DNA from: Steroidobacteraceae bacterium
GTDB lineage: Bacteria; Pseudomonadota; Gammaproteobacteria; Steroidobacterales; Steroidobacteraceae
Direction of reading: 5' to 3'
DNA: 64,000 bases
Assembly: GCA_034005205.1 (NCBI GenBank)
Contig: JAVEVD010000001.1
Location: 33,197-97,196, forward strand
This document shows, in pieces, positions 35,789 to 45,378 of the stretch. The translations under genes and the position numbers were made by a program. Each line of letters begins with the position of its first letter. Position 1 is the stretch's first letter. Under the pieces are notes generated by a model, which saw only the letters and a list, made by a program, of their open reading frames with translations, did not search any database and had not been told where the DNA came from.

Positions 35789-37615
35789 TCAGCCGGCCGC
35801 CTTCTTGCGCGATTCGCTGCGTGAGCCGGTCGATTTTTTGCCTGCGAGCGCGGCAGCGGCGCGCTTCAGCTCTTCGCGCGCCACTGCGCGCATGCGCTGC
35901 GTGGCGGTCATCCGATCTTCGCGGGGCTGCGGGCTCGGTTTCGCTGGCGCCGGGGCGGAGACGGGCTTCACGATGCGCTCCTCCGAGGTCAGCTCCTCGG
36001 GGGCCAGCAGGTCTTCCAACTCGGCGTCGTCCACCGTCCGCGGCTGCAGCGCCGGCCCGCGGTGCTCGCCCGAGGACGCGATGCTCAACTCGAACAGCTC
36101 CAAGACGTCTCCATCGCCGATGGGCTTGCCAGCGCCTTGCGGCGCCGCGTCGTCGCCCGACCGCAGCACGGCGCGCTCACTCCCGTCGCCGGTCGTCGTC
36201 GACTCCGCTGCATGCTCGCGACCCGCGTCGAGCGTCGCAGGACCTTTGCTGACCGGAGCGATGTCGAAATCCGGCTCGATTACATCTGGATTTGAACGTG
36301 GAGGAGAAGAACTCTCGGCGGGCGCGCGCTCGCCTGACGCCTGAGGCGCTGCATCACGCGAATGCGCCTGAGCCTCCTTTGCAACAGGCTTCGGCGCCTG
36401 CAGTTGCGCGACGGCGGCGTCCGCGGGCGGCGCCGGCAGTGCATCGGCCGCCTGGCGGCTTTCGCCGAGCAGATCGAAATACAACTGCAGATACTTCTGC
36501 AGTGAGCGGACATAGACGTAGTCCTTCATCGCATGCTTGCGCGCGCCCTGTACGAGCTGCGCCCGCCGCTCGGGCGGAAGCTGCATCACTCGGGTGACGC
36601 CCTTGACGAACGCGGCCGGGCTGCCCGGCTCGAGCGCGACGCCGTAGCTGCCTATCAGTTCACCCTGCGCGCCCATACCGGTTGCGACACACGGAACGCC
36701 GCACAACATCGCCATGGCCAGCGTCATGCGCGCACTGTCGTCGAGGGCGCTGGAGCACACCATGTCGCAGGCGTTGAACAACGAGGCGACGTCTGACCAC
36801 TCGCCCAGCAGATGTACGCGGGCGCCCAGGGAGCCGCCGCCCAGCAGCGCCATGAGCTGGGCGTTGCCCTTCTGCACGCCGCGCCCGGCCAGCACGACGT
36901 TGATCTCGGGGTGTGTCTTGACCAGCTCCGCCATTGCCTTGAGAAAGGTGGCGTGGTCGTGGTCCGGCCGGAACGGTGCGTGCATGCCGATCACGAACGA
37001 TTGCGGCGACAACTGAAGTTGCTCGCGGACTTTCCGCCGCAGCTCCGCGTCCGGCTTGAAACGCGCTGCATCCAGTCCCGGAGGCGCAACCAGGCAACCG
37101 CTTTCGGGAAAGCCCACGTGGCGGTGGCGTGCGGCGCCAGTCTCGGACGTGTAGACGATCCGATCGACGCCGGGCGCGCACCTCGCAGCGATACGCAGCT
37201 TCCAACGATCGATCAGACCAGCGCCGTGCGGCAATGGTTGAGTGTTGACGACGCTCCAAACCAGCCGCGGCTTCCAGTCGCAGCGCGCGCGTACGATCGA
37301 GGAGACGATCTGCGCGGTGACGCCCCAGGCCTGAATCACGTCCGGCCGAAAACGCCGCGCAGCGCTCACGATCTCGAAGTACGCCGCGGGCGAGCAGCGT
37401 TGTCTCGACAACGAAATCTCGTGCACTGGCGCGCCATGCTGGCGGAGCACGGCGGCGGGCAGCACGCCGCGCGAAAGACAGACGATCTCTGCTTGCACCC
37501 GCTCCTTGGGCATGCGCGTCAGAAGCGGCATGAAAAGCGTTTGCTGGACGGATTCAGCTCCGCCTGCGCTCACGATGTGCAGCACGCGCAGCTGTCGATG
37601 AGGCTCTCCGGACAC
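35789..37615 (-). CDS. Group-1 (GT4-like) glycosyltransferase with about 220-aa low-complexity C-terminal tail
   Basis: 608 aa. The N-terminal about 385 aa are GT-B like (RVLHIVSAGGAE..., LLGEWSDV...FNACDMVCSSAL). The remainder is Ala/Pro/Glu/Asp-rich and ends with a Lys/Arg-rich segment. Confidence 0.75.
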   Translation of the reverse strand: MSGEPHRQLRVLHIVSAGGAESVQQTLFMPLLTRMPKERVQAEIVCLSRGVLPAAVLRQHGAPVHEISLSRQRCSPAAYFEIVSAARRFRPDVIQAWGVTAQIVSSIVRARCDWKPRLVWSVVNTQPLPHGAGLIDRWKLRIAARCAPGVDRIVYTSETGAARHRHVGFPESGCLVAPPGLDAARFKPDAELRRKVREQLQLSPQSFVIGMHAPFRPDHDHATFLKAMAELVKTHPEINVVLAGRGVQKGNAQLMALLGGGSLGARVHLLGEWSDVASLFNACDMVCSSALDDSARMTLAMAMLCGVPCVATGMGAQGELIGSYGVALEPGSPAAFVKGVTRVMQLPPERRAQLVQGARKHAMKDYVYVRSLQKYLQLYFDLLGESRQAADALPAPPADAAVAQLQAPKPVAKEAQAHSRDAAPQASGERAPAESSSPPRSNPDVIEPDFDIAPVSKGPATLDAGREHAAESTTTGDGSERAVLRSGDDAAPQGAGKPIGDGDVLELFELSIASSGEHRGPALQPRTVDDAELEDLLAPEELTSEERIVKPVSAPAPAKPSPQPREDRMTATQRMRAVAREELKRAAAALAGKKSTGSRSESRKKAAG

Positions 37616-37747
37616 TTCGCTCGCCCATCAATAACTCACTGGGCGGCATCGTAATGTAGTCTGATCGCTGACGCCCGCGCGTTGGACGGATCTGTTAATC
37701 CGGCCACACAATGCAGGGTGACGGAAATTGGCAGGTGGAGACGCAGG

Positions 37748-38410
37748 TCACGAAAGCGGGCCTGCACGGACGCCGAGCGCGCGATCGCTCACATACGGAT
37801 TGCAGTTCCGCTCCTGGCCGAATGTGGACATCGGACCATGGCCGGGCAGGAAACGGACGTCGTCCCCTAGAGTAAACAACCGCTCGCGGATCGAGCGAAT
37901 CAGCGTTGCATGATCGCCGCCCGGCAAATCGGTGCGCCCGATCGAGCCGGCGAAGATCACATCGCCCACCCACGCAAAGCGTCCCGGTCTGTGAAAGAAC
38001 ACCACATGCCCGGGCGTGTGGCCCGGACAATGCAGCACTTCGAGCGTTTCCGAGCCGACGCTCACGAGATCGCCGTGCTCGAGCCAGCGATCCGGCTCGA
38101 ATGATCGAGCAGTCGGAAAACCTAGGCTGCGCGTCGCCTCCGGCAGACCATCGATCCAGAACTTGTCCCCGCGCTGCGGCCCCTCGATCGGAACCTTCTT
38201 CAGCGCCGCCAGCTCGGCGGTCCCGGCTGCGTGATCGAGATGCGCATGCGTCAACAGGATTTTTTCCAGCGCCAGGTCGTGCTCGTCGAGCGCCGCGAGC
38301 ACCTGGTCGAGATCGCCGCCTGGGTCGACCACAGCGGCGCGCTTCGCATCGTCCCAGATGAGGGAGCAGTTTTGCTGGAAAGCGGTGACGGGGATGATGA
38401 GGGTTTGCAT
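37748..38410 (-). CDS. MBL-fold metallo-hydrolase (glyoxalase II / YcbL-like)
   Basis: 220 aa. THAHLDHAAG (HxHxDH), CPGHTPGH. Confidence 0.9.
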   Translation of the reverse strand: MQTLIIPVTAFQQNCSLIWDDAKRAAVVDPGGDLDQVLAALDEHDLALEKILLTHAHLDHAAGTAELAALKKVPIEGPQRGDKFWIDGLPEATRSLGFPTARSFEPDRWLEHGDLVSVGSETLEVLHCPGHTPGHVVFFHRPGRFAWVGDVIFAGSIGRTDLPGGDHATLIRSIRERLFTLGDDVRFLPGHGPMSTFGQERNCNPYVSDRALGVRAGPLS

Positions 38411-38572
38411 GAGTGCGTGGACAGTGAAGAGTCAGCGGTGAGAGGAGTTTAGCGGGGATACGGGAGCGGGAGGACGGAAAGAAGGGAAGGCGTGAAGGTC
38501 AAAAGCGGGAGCGTCAGAGAGAGCGCATTCCATTCGCCCTCACGCATTCACGCATGCGCACATCCTCCCGCC

Positions 38573-39157
38573 TCACCCGCTGCCGCTCACGCCGCCTATC
38601 AACACCAGGCGCATGGCCTCCTCGACCGACAGATCCGTCTCGCGCAGCTCGTGTCGCGGCAGGTACAGCGTATAACCGCCGATCTGGTAGCTCATGGGGA
38701 AATACACGGCCGCCAGTTCGCCGGCCGCGTCGCCGAACAGCCGCGGGCTGACGTTCTCTTCGGTGACGAAGCCGATGATCTGGGCGCCGTTCATGCGCCA
38801 TAGGACCACGCGCTTGAGATCGCGCGAACGATCGCCCGCCGGCAGAAAGCGCGTGAAGTCCTTGAGCGCACCGAAGATCGATTTGACGATCGGGATGCGC
38901 GCCAGCAGCGATTCGCCGAACCGGATCAGCCGGCGCACCACGTATGCATCGACCAGCACGCCGACCGCCAGCACCAGCCCAAAGGCGGCAAGCAGCCCGA
39001 GCCCGGGCCAGTAGCGGTCCGAGGGCAGCCATGTGCGCAGCGGGCCGCTCAGGATCGTCTCGGCCGTGATCGCCAGCCAATACACGACCCAGACGGTCAA
39101 CGTCACTGGCGCCACGGCCGCCAGGCCCTTCAGAAATGTGTTCCACAATCGCCGCAT
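38573..39157 (-). CDS. DUF502-family membrane protein
   Basis: 194 aa. Two N-terminal TM helices followed by IPIVKSIFGALKDF, as I recall for DUF502. Confidence 0.7.
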   Translation of the reverse strand: MRRLWNTFLKGLAAVAPVTLTVWVVYWLAITAETILSGPLRTWLPSDRYWPGLGLLAAFGLVLAVGVLVDAYVVRRLIRFGESLLARIPIVKSIFGALKDFTRFLPAGDRSRDLKRVVLWRMNGAQIIGFVTEENVSPRLFGDAAGELAAVYFPMSYQIGGYTLYLPRHELRETDLSVEEAMRLVLIGGVSGSG

Positions 39158-39217
39158 GGATGCTCCGCCGAAAGGCGCTGACGATCAGCGCCGACTGAGA
39201 CGTGCGCTGTATGCACC

Positions 39218-40741
39218 ATGAGATCTTCCCGCATCGATGCGAAACGTCGCAACGTTTCTGCGATGCGCGCTGCTACACTTGCGCCGGCCGCCTGGTTCCT
39301 CGTCGATATGCTCCGTCGCTTGTTGCTCATCACGGCGCTTGCAGCGCTGTTCTCCCAACTCGTCCATGCGGATGCGCCCGCGGCGCAGCCGCCCTCGTCC
39401 GTGCTGCGGGCGATGCAGCGCCATGGCGTACCCTCTTCGTCAGTGAGCATATTCGTGCGCGACGTGGCCGCCCGTCAGACGCTCGTCGAACTGCACCCCG
39501 AGCAGCCGCGCAGTCCTGCATCCACGATCAAGGTGCTCACGACGTTCGCCGCCCTGGACATGCTCGGACCCGGCTACACCTGGAAGACCCGCGCCTTCGC
39601 CAACGGCGAGTTGCGGAAAGGCGTGCTCGAGGGCGATCTGGTGCTGGTCGGCGGCGGCGATCCGTACATGACCACCGAGCGCTGGTGGACCTTCGTGCGC
39701 AATCTGCGTGCGCGCGGCGTCGAGCACATCACCGGCGATGTCGTTCTCGACAATACTTTCTTCGCGCCGGACGAAACGGACCGCGGAGCGTTCGACGGAC
39801 AGATCTTCCGCAGCTACAACGTTCTGCCGGACGCGCTGATGGTCAATTTCCAGACCACGCGTTTCACGATTCTGGCGGCGCCGCTCGAGGAGCGGCCGCA
39901 GATCGTACTGTTTCCACAGCCCGAGAACCTCAAGGTGCAGAATCGGCTGCGGCTCGGACCGGGCGAGTGCCGCGGCTACAACCGCGGCGTGAGTTTCCAC
40001 ATGCCGGATCCGCAGGACCCGGACACGGTCGCGGTGAGCGGCGTGTTCCCTGCTTCGTGCGGCAGTTATTCGATCTCGCGGGCGGTCGGCTCTGCTCCGA
40101 GCTACGCATACGGCACATTCCGTTCACTGTGGAGCGAGGCGGGCGGCAGGATCGATGGCCGCATGCGCCTGAACGCCGCGGACGGGAAGTTGCGCATGCT
40201 CTACGAGCACGAATCGCTCCTGCTTCCGGAAATCATCCGGCTCGTGAACAAGCACTCCAACAACGTCATGGCGCGGCACTTGCTGCTCACGCTGGGCGCT
40301 GAGCGATACGGCGCCCCCGGCACGATCGAAAACGGCCGCACGGCCGTTCGCGCCTGGCTTGCCGAACGCAACATCCCGATGCCGGGCTTCGTGCTCGACA
40401 ACGGCTCAGGGCTGTCGCGCACCGAGCGGGTCACTGCGCGCGGCATGGGCGAGTTGCTCGATGCTGCCTGGCGCAGCCCGTTCATGCCCGAGTTTGCAGC
40501 CTCCCTGCCGCTCTCGGCGGTCGACGGTACGCTGCGCGAGCGCTTCAACGGCCCGGGCATGCAGGGACGCATTCGCCTGAAGACCGGCCGCATCGACGAT
40601 GTAAGCGGGCTGGCCGGCTACATCCACGCCTCCTCCGGAGCGACGTACGTCGTGGTGATCCTCATCAACCATCCCGGCGCTCACCTCGGCGTGGGCGAAG
40701 CGATTCAATCCGAGCTCGTGAAGTGGGTGTTCGCCAAGTAG
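39218..40741 (+). CDS. dacB: D-alanyl-D-alanine carboxypeptidase/endopeptidase (PBP4 family)
   Basis: 507 aa. SxxK (PASTIKVLT), SxN (KHSNNVMA), KTG (RLKTGRIDD). N-terminal signal sequence. Confidence 0.9.
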   Translation: MRSSRIDAKRRNVSAMRAATLAPAAWFLVDMLRRLLLITALAALFSQLVHADAPAAQPPSSVLRAMQRHGVPSSSVSIFVRDVAARQTLVELHPEQPRSPASTIKVLTTFAALDMLGPGYTWKTRAFANGELRKGVLEGDLVLVGGGDPYMTTERWWTFVRNLRARGVEHITGDVVLDNTFFAPDETDRGAFDGQIFRSYNVLPDALMVNFQTTRFTILAAPLEERPQIVLFPQPENLKVQNRLRLGPGECRGYNRGVSFHMPDPQDPDTVAVSGVFPASCGSYSISRAVGSAPSYAYGTFRSLWSEAGGRIDGRMRLNAADGKLRMLYEHESLLLPEIIRLVNKHSNNVMARHLLLTLGAERYGAPGTIENGRTAVRAWLAERNIPMPGFVLDNGSGLSRTERVTARGMGELLDAAWRSPFMPEFAASLPLSAVDGTLRERFNGPGMQGRIRLKTGRIDDVSGLAGYIHASSGATYVVVILINHPGAHLGVGEAIQSELVKWVFAK

Positions 40742-40794
40742 CAAACGGATAGCGCAGAGGGGACGTGGATTTCTTGCGAAGCCCTCTGAACTCT

Positions 40795-40826
40795 CCGCTA
40801 TCCGCTATCCGCTATCCGAAATCCGC
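40795..40826. repeat. Heptamer array CCGC TATCCGC TATCCGC TATCCGA AATCCGC (reverse orientation of GCGGATA)
   Basis: Read directly. CGCTATCCG (40796-40804) pairs with CGGATAGCG (40746-40754). A nested pair is CAGAGGG (40755-40761) / CCCTCTG (40782-40788). Confidence 0.8.
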
Positions 40827-40956
40827 TTCTTTCCTTGCACAGCGGAACCCCCTTCGCTGCGGTGCGTTTTGGCTGCGTGAGTCTTGCGTCCGCGACGCAA
40901 CAGCGGGTGCGTGTACTTCATGCAACCGTGAAATTCAGGCCATGCAAGGAGCTTTT

Positions 40957-41550
40957 ATGAACAAAGCCATTGTTGCGGGCGCGCTAATGTCAGCCTGCGC
41001 CGGCGCCGCTCACGCACAGTCGTCAGAGAACGACGCAGGGCTGTACCTCGGCCTCGGATTCGGCGCTTACAACGTGCAGCTGGACGACATCGACGAGACC
41101 GACGATGCGATCGAGCGCATCGATGACGACGACAACGCCTGGAAGGTGTTCGCCGGCTGGCGGTTCAATCCGTACTTCGCGCTCGAGCTGAACTACGTGG
41201 ACTTCGGCGATCCCGACGATCGGCTGGAAGCATCGGGCTCGAGCGGCGATTACCGGCTGGAGCTGAGCGGCGTCCAGCCTGCGATCCTGGGAACATTCCC
41301 GCTCGGACCGGTCGAGCTGTTCGCCAAGCTAGGCTACTACTTCTACGACATCGATCTGTCCATCGACCTGGACGATATCACCGAGGATGTATTCACTTCG
41401 GACACGAGCGAGGAGGCATGGTCTTACGGCGGCGGCGTCGGCATGACTTTCTTCGAGCGCCTGCACGCGAGGCTTGAATACGAGCGCATCGACACGGACG
41501 TGATCGACGATCTGGATTCGATCTGGCTGTCGGCGGCCTGGCGGTTCTGA
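40957..41550 (+). CDS. Small acidic outer-membrane beta-barrel protein
   Basis: ATG at 40957 after CAAGGAG. Signal MNKAIVAGALMSACAGAAHAQ. Asp-rich loops. C-terminal ...SAAWRF. Confidence 0.75.
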   Translation: MNKAIVAGALMSACAGAAHAQSSENDAGLYLGLGFGAYNVQLDDIDETDDAIERIDDDDNAWKVFAGWRFNPYFALELNYVDFGDPDDRLEASGSSGDYRLELSGVQPAILGTFPLGPVELFAKLGYYFYDIDLSIDLDDITEDVFTSDTSEEAWSYGGGVGMTFFERLHARLEYERIDTDVIDDLDSIWLSAAWRF

Positions 41551-41686
41551 GAACCTCCGACTTACTCCGTGGCTGGGATCGAACCGCCGTGCATTTCAGG
41601 CGTCCGTGGTCTGAGAGGTAGTTGCCAATCCGAGCTTCCCAGAGCGCAGCGGCAGCCGTGGATGCAGCTCGAGCGCCGAGAGCCTG

Positions 41687-44600
41687 TCACGACTTCCGCC
41701 GCCGGGCGCCGCGCCTGCCGTCGCCGATCAGGTTCAGCAGCGCGGTCCCCGGCACAGTGATCCAGGCAGGGCGCCCCGCGAGCTCAGCGCGCAATTCGCG
41801 CAGCGCCCGCGTGATCTCGAAAAGCGTGAGCAGCCGATTCATCTCCGCTTCCTCGAACACTTGCCGGGAGCCGGCGACGCCCGTTCGATAGCCTTGCAGG
41901 AACGCCTCGCGCGACGTGCGCTGCCAGCCGCCGAGCGCGGGCTCGAGTCGCTCGCGCATGTCCGAGCCGGCGAGAGATGCGTGCTCCAACGCGACCGCCC
42001 GCGCATAGTCGAACGAGCGCAGGACGCACGCGACGTCGTACAGAGGCGAATGCTTCGCTCGGCGCTCGTCCACGCTCAGGGACAAATCACCCTCGAAGCC
42101 GGTGATCACCACATCGTCGGCGGACAGGAGCGCCTTGCCGATGTGCAGGTTGGTGTGGATGCGCGTTTTGAGGTGCGCAACCGGGCCCTCGCACAACTCG
42201 CCGATGCGCGCCAGCAGTTTCTCGCGCCCGACGTCGAGACGGTGAGCGCAAGCGCGCGCCTGCTCGGGCAGCGACAGGAAATCGCGCTCGAGCGCCGCGA
42301 GGACCGACGTGGCCAGGTGCTGCGCCGTGCGGCGCCAGCGCTCCAGATCCGTCGACTCGATCGGCTCCGCCGCGAAATTCGCATCGCTGGTGGGCGCGGC
42401 CAGCAAGGCGTGCATCTCGCCGACGCGTCGTCCCATCGTGTGCATCTGAGCGGCGAACAGCTCGTGCGGAGATTCACCAGGCCCCGCCTGGGAATAAACT
42501 CCTACGGCGAAGCGCTCCAGGTGATTGAGCGCATAGTTCAGCACGTCGCCCTGGTGTCCGACGCGCGCGAAGAAGGCGGCGATGACGGTCGGCTGCGCGG
42601 CAACGTGGGTAATTGCGGCGGCGAGCGCTGCGATCTGCTTGAAGCCGGCGCGCGTGAGGAAATCCGTCATTTCGATGTCCGGATGCGGCCCGCGGGTCAG
42701 CAGCCTGTACGCCTTGAGGAACAGCACATCGTTCAGAATGACGCTGGTGTTCGTCGGCTCGGGCGTGATGTATTCCAGATCGTGCGGCTGCAGGTCCGGC
42801 AACTCGGGAAAGGCGTCCGTGCGCTGGAATTGCAGCTCGCCGCCGGCGAACGGGATGCTTTCCTCATTGCTCGCGCAGCGCGTCAGCGCGATGCAGAAGG
42901 CGGGGTCCGCAAAGGCGTCGATCAATAAGCCGACGCGCGCGTGTTCGCGCACTTTGGCGAGCGTCCACTCGGCGGTGCGCAGCGCGCCGTCGTCCGAGTC
43001 TTCCCAGACGAGCGTGAACGGCAGGAAGTAATCGAGTTCCTCACCCGACTCGGAGCGAGCCTCTATGTAGCACAGCAGATATGACTTCTGCTCGCGCCGC
43101 CACAGGGAGCGTCGTCCCAGCCGCGCCGACTGCAGCGCTCCCATGTGCCGAGTGATCCAACTGCGCGGACGAAGGAACTCGGGCAACACCTCCTGTTCGA
43201 GATGCTGCAGCGTGCGGCGCGCGACGATCTGGCTCGCGCCGTCATCCGGCAGCAGCGTGGCGAGGCCGTTGGTCAGCACCAGCACGGGCAGCTCGGTGGC
43301 GGGCGTGCGCTCGATGTGCCAGGCCGGCGGTTCGGCGTCCTCGCTGAGCAGCAGCCAGAAAAAGCCGTGCGCCGGCAGCGTCAGGAAGTAAGGCAGCTCG
43401 CCGACCGGAGGAAACGCGTTACGGCCGAGCATCTCCACCGGCACGCGACCCTTGTACTTCGATAGATCCAGCTCCACGGCCTGCGCCGTTTGCGCGAGAT
43501 TCGCCACGCAAAGCACGATCTCGTCCTCGCAGGTGCGCACGTATGCAATCACCTTGCGGTTCTGCGGACGTACGAACTCGAGCTCGCCGCGGCCGAAGCA
43601 ATGGTGCTGGCGGCGCACCGCCAGGATGCGCCGCGTCCAGTTCAGCAGCGACGACGGGTCGCGGCTCTGCGCCTCGACGTTGACCGCCTGATAGCCGTAG
43701 ATCGGGTCCATGATCACCGGCAGATAAAGTTGTTGCGGATCGGCGCGCGAGAAGCCGGCGTTGCGGTCGATGCTCCACTGCATCGGCGTGCGTACGCCAT
43801 TGCGGTCGCCGATGTAGATGTTGTCTCCCATGCCGATCTCATCGCCGTAATAGATGATCGGCGAACCGGGCATGGACAACAGCAGGCTGTTCATCAGCTT
43901 GATGCGATCGATGTCGTTGTCCAGCAGCGGCGCCAGACGCCGCCGGATGCCCACGTTGACGCGCATGCGCGGCTCCTTCGCATACATGCGGTACATGTAG
44001 TCGCGTTCCGCATCGGTCACCATCTCGAGCGTCAGCTCGTCGTGATTGCGCAGGAAGATCGCCCACTGACAGTTCTCGGGGATTTCGGGCGTCTGGCGCA
44101 TGATTTCCGCGATGGGATAACGATCCTCCAGCGCCACCGCCATGAAAATGCGCGGCATCAGCGGGAAGTGATACGCCATGTGACATTCATCGCCGTCGCC
44201 GAAGTACTCGCGCACGTCCTCCGGCCATTGGTTCGCTTCGGCGAGGAACATTCGCCCGGTGTAGTTGGCGTCCATCGCCGCGCGCATGCGCTTGAGCACC
44301 GCGTGCGTCTCAGGAAGGTTTTCGTTGTTGGTGCCTTCGCGTACGCACAGGTACGGGATCGCATCGAGACGCATCCCGTCCACGCCCATGTCCATCCAGA
44401 AGCGCATCACCTCGATGACCGCCTCCACCACGCGCGGATTGTTGTGATTGAGGTCAGGCTGATGCGAGAAGAAGCGATGCCAATAGTACTGTCCGGCGAT
44501 CGGATCCCACGCCCAGTTGGAGCTCTCGGTATCGGTAAAGATGATGCGCGTGCCGGCGAACTTCTTGTCGTCGTCGCTCCACACGTAGAATTCGCGTTCG

Positions 44601-45079
44601 GGCGAGCCGCGCGGCGCGCGGCGCGCCGCCTGGAACCACGGGTGCTGATCCGATGTGTGGTTGATCACCAGCTCGGTGATGACTTTCAGCCCGCGACGAT
44701 GCGCCTCGTCGATCAACCGGCGAAAATCGTCGAGCGAGCCGTAGTCCGGATGCACGTTGCAGTAATCAGCGATGTCGTAGCCGTCGTCGCGCAGCGGCGA
44801 AGGATAGAAAGGCAGCAGCCAGATCGCGTTGACGCCCAACTCCTGTATGTAGTCGAGCTTCTGTGTGAGGCCCGCGAAGTCGCCCACGCCATCGCCGCTG
44901 GAGTCGTAGAACGCCTTTACGTGCATCTGGTAGATGACGGCGTCCTTGTACCAGAGCGGATCGTTCGTCGGCTGCAGCGCCTGCCGCTCCTCTGAGGCTT
45001 CGACGCCCTCGGGCTTGGCGGCTTCGCTCTGCGCGCCAGCATCGGCTGCGCGCGGAATGTCGGTGGAAACCTCGGTCAT
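41687..45079 (-). CDS. treS: Trehalose synthase (maltose alpha-D-glucosyltransferase) fused to maltokinase
   Basis: About 1130 aa from the Met at 45079. N-terminal GH13 region ([42 protein letters not shown]). C-terminal about 450 aa is kinase-like, as in TreS-Pep2 fusions. Confidence 0.9.
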   Translation of the reverse strand: MTEVSTDIPRAADAGAQSEAAKPEGVEASEERQALQPTNDPLWYKDAVIYQMHVKAFYDSSGDGVGDFAGLTQKLDYIQELGVNAIWLLPFYPSPLRDDGYDIADYCNVHPDYGSLDDFRRLIDEAHRRGLKVITELVINHTSDQHPWFQAARRAPRGSPEREFYVWSDDDKKFAGTRIIFTDTESSNWAWDPIAGQYYWHRFFSHQPDLNHNNPRVVEAVIEVMRFWMDMGVDGMRLDAIPYLCVREGTNNENLPETHAVLKRMRAAMDANYTGRMFLAEANQWPEDVREYFGDGDECHMAYHFPLMPRIFMAVALEDRYPIAEIMRQTPEIPENCQWAIFLRNHDELTLEMVTDAERDYMYRMYAKEPRMRVNVGIRRRLAPLLDNDIDRIKLMNSLLLSMPGSPIIYYGDEIGMGDNIYIGDRNGVRTPMQWSIDRNAGFSRADPQQLYLPVIMDPIYGYQAVNVEAQSRDPSSLLNWTRRILAVRRQHHCFGRGELEFVRPQNRKVIAYVRTCEDEIVLCVANLAQTAQAVELDLSKYKGRVPVEMLGRNAFPPVGELPYFLTLPAHGFFWLLLSEDAEPPAWHIERTPATELPVLVLTNGLATLLPDDGASQIVARRTLQHLEQEVLPEFLRPRSWITRHMGALQSARLGRRSLWRREQKSYLLCYIEARSESGEELDYFLPFTLVWEDSDDGALRTAEWTLAKVREHARVGLLIDAFADPAFCIALTRCASNEESIPFAGGELQFQRTDAFPELPDLQPHDLEYITPEPTNTSVILNDVLFLKAYRLLTRGPHPDIEMTDFLTRAGFKQIAALAAAITHVAAQPTVIAAFFARVGHQGDVLNYALNHLERFAVGVYSQAGPGESPHELFAAQMHTMGRRVGEMHALLAAPTSDANFAAEPIESTDLERWRRTAQHLATSVLAALERDFLSLPEQARACAHRLDVGREKLLARIGELCEGPVAHLKTRIHTNLHIGKALLSADDVVITGFEGDLSLSVDERRAKHSPLYDVACVLRSFDYARAVALEHASLAGSDMRERLEPALGGWQRTSREAFLQGYRTGVAGSRQVFEEAEMNRLLTLFEITRALRELRAELAGRPAWITVPGTALLNLIGDGRRGARRRKS

Positions 45080-45169
45080 GTCGTGCGGGTTTTTTCTTGA
45101 CACTGTGTCGCGGTAACGCGCGCGGCGCGCGTGAGGGTTCCGGGCTGCGGCCAATCAAAGAAGGGACAA

Positions 45170-45186
45170 GCGGTTAGCGGTGGGCG
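45170..45186. repeat. GCGGTTA GCGGTGGGCG, with inverted partner CGCCCACCGC at 45226-45235
   Basis: Read directly, in the divergent treS / TonB-C intergenic region. Confidence 0.6.
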
Positions 45187-45378
45187 CAAGCGATCGAATC
45201 AACCGTTGCAGTCCAATAGACTAGTCGCCCACCGCGCTTCGCGCGAGTCCGAAGGATGAAAGAGCCGCCCCCAAACCAACAGCCGACCTTTGACCGCTTT
45301 TCCGGAAAACTTGGGGTGGACGCTCGCATCCCTCTTGCTTAGCCTTGCAGCCCTCGCTCAGCAGAGCAAACAACCCTC

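Noticed and set aside
41571-41650. tRNA-like T-arm sequence GGTTCGATCCC on the minus strand (complement of gggatcgaacc at 41575-41585)
   Set aside because: I tried to fold a cloverleaf around it. The T-stem pairs at only 3 of 5 positions and no acceptor stem can be formed, so I do not call it a tRNA or tRNA fragment.
43490-44995. 501-aa plus-strand ORF, with 41861..42928 also on the plus strand
   Set aside because: They are antisense to the TreS-maltokinase gene, whose GH13 motifs are unambiguous.
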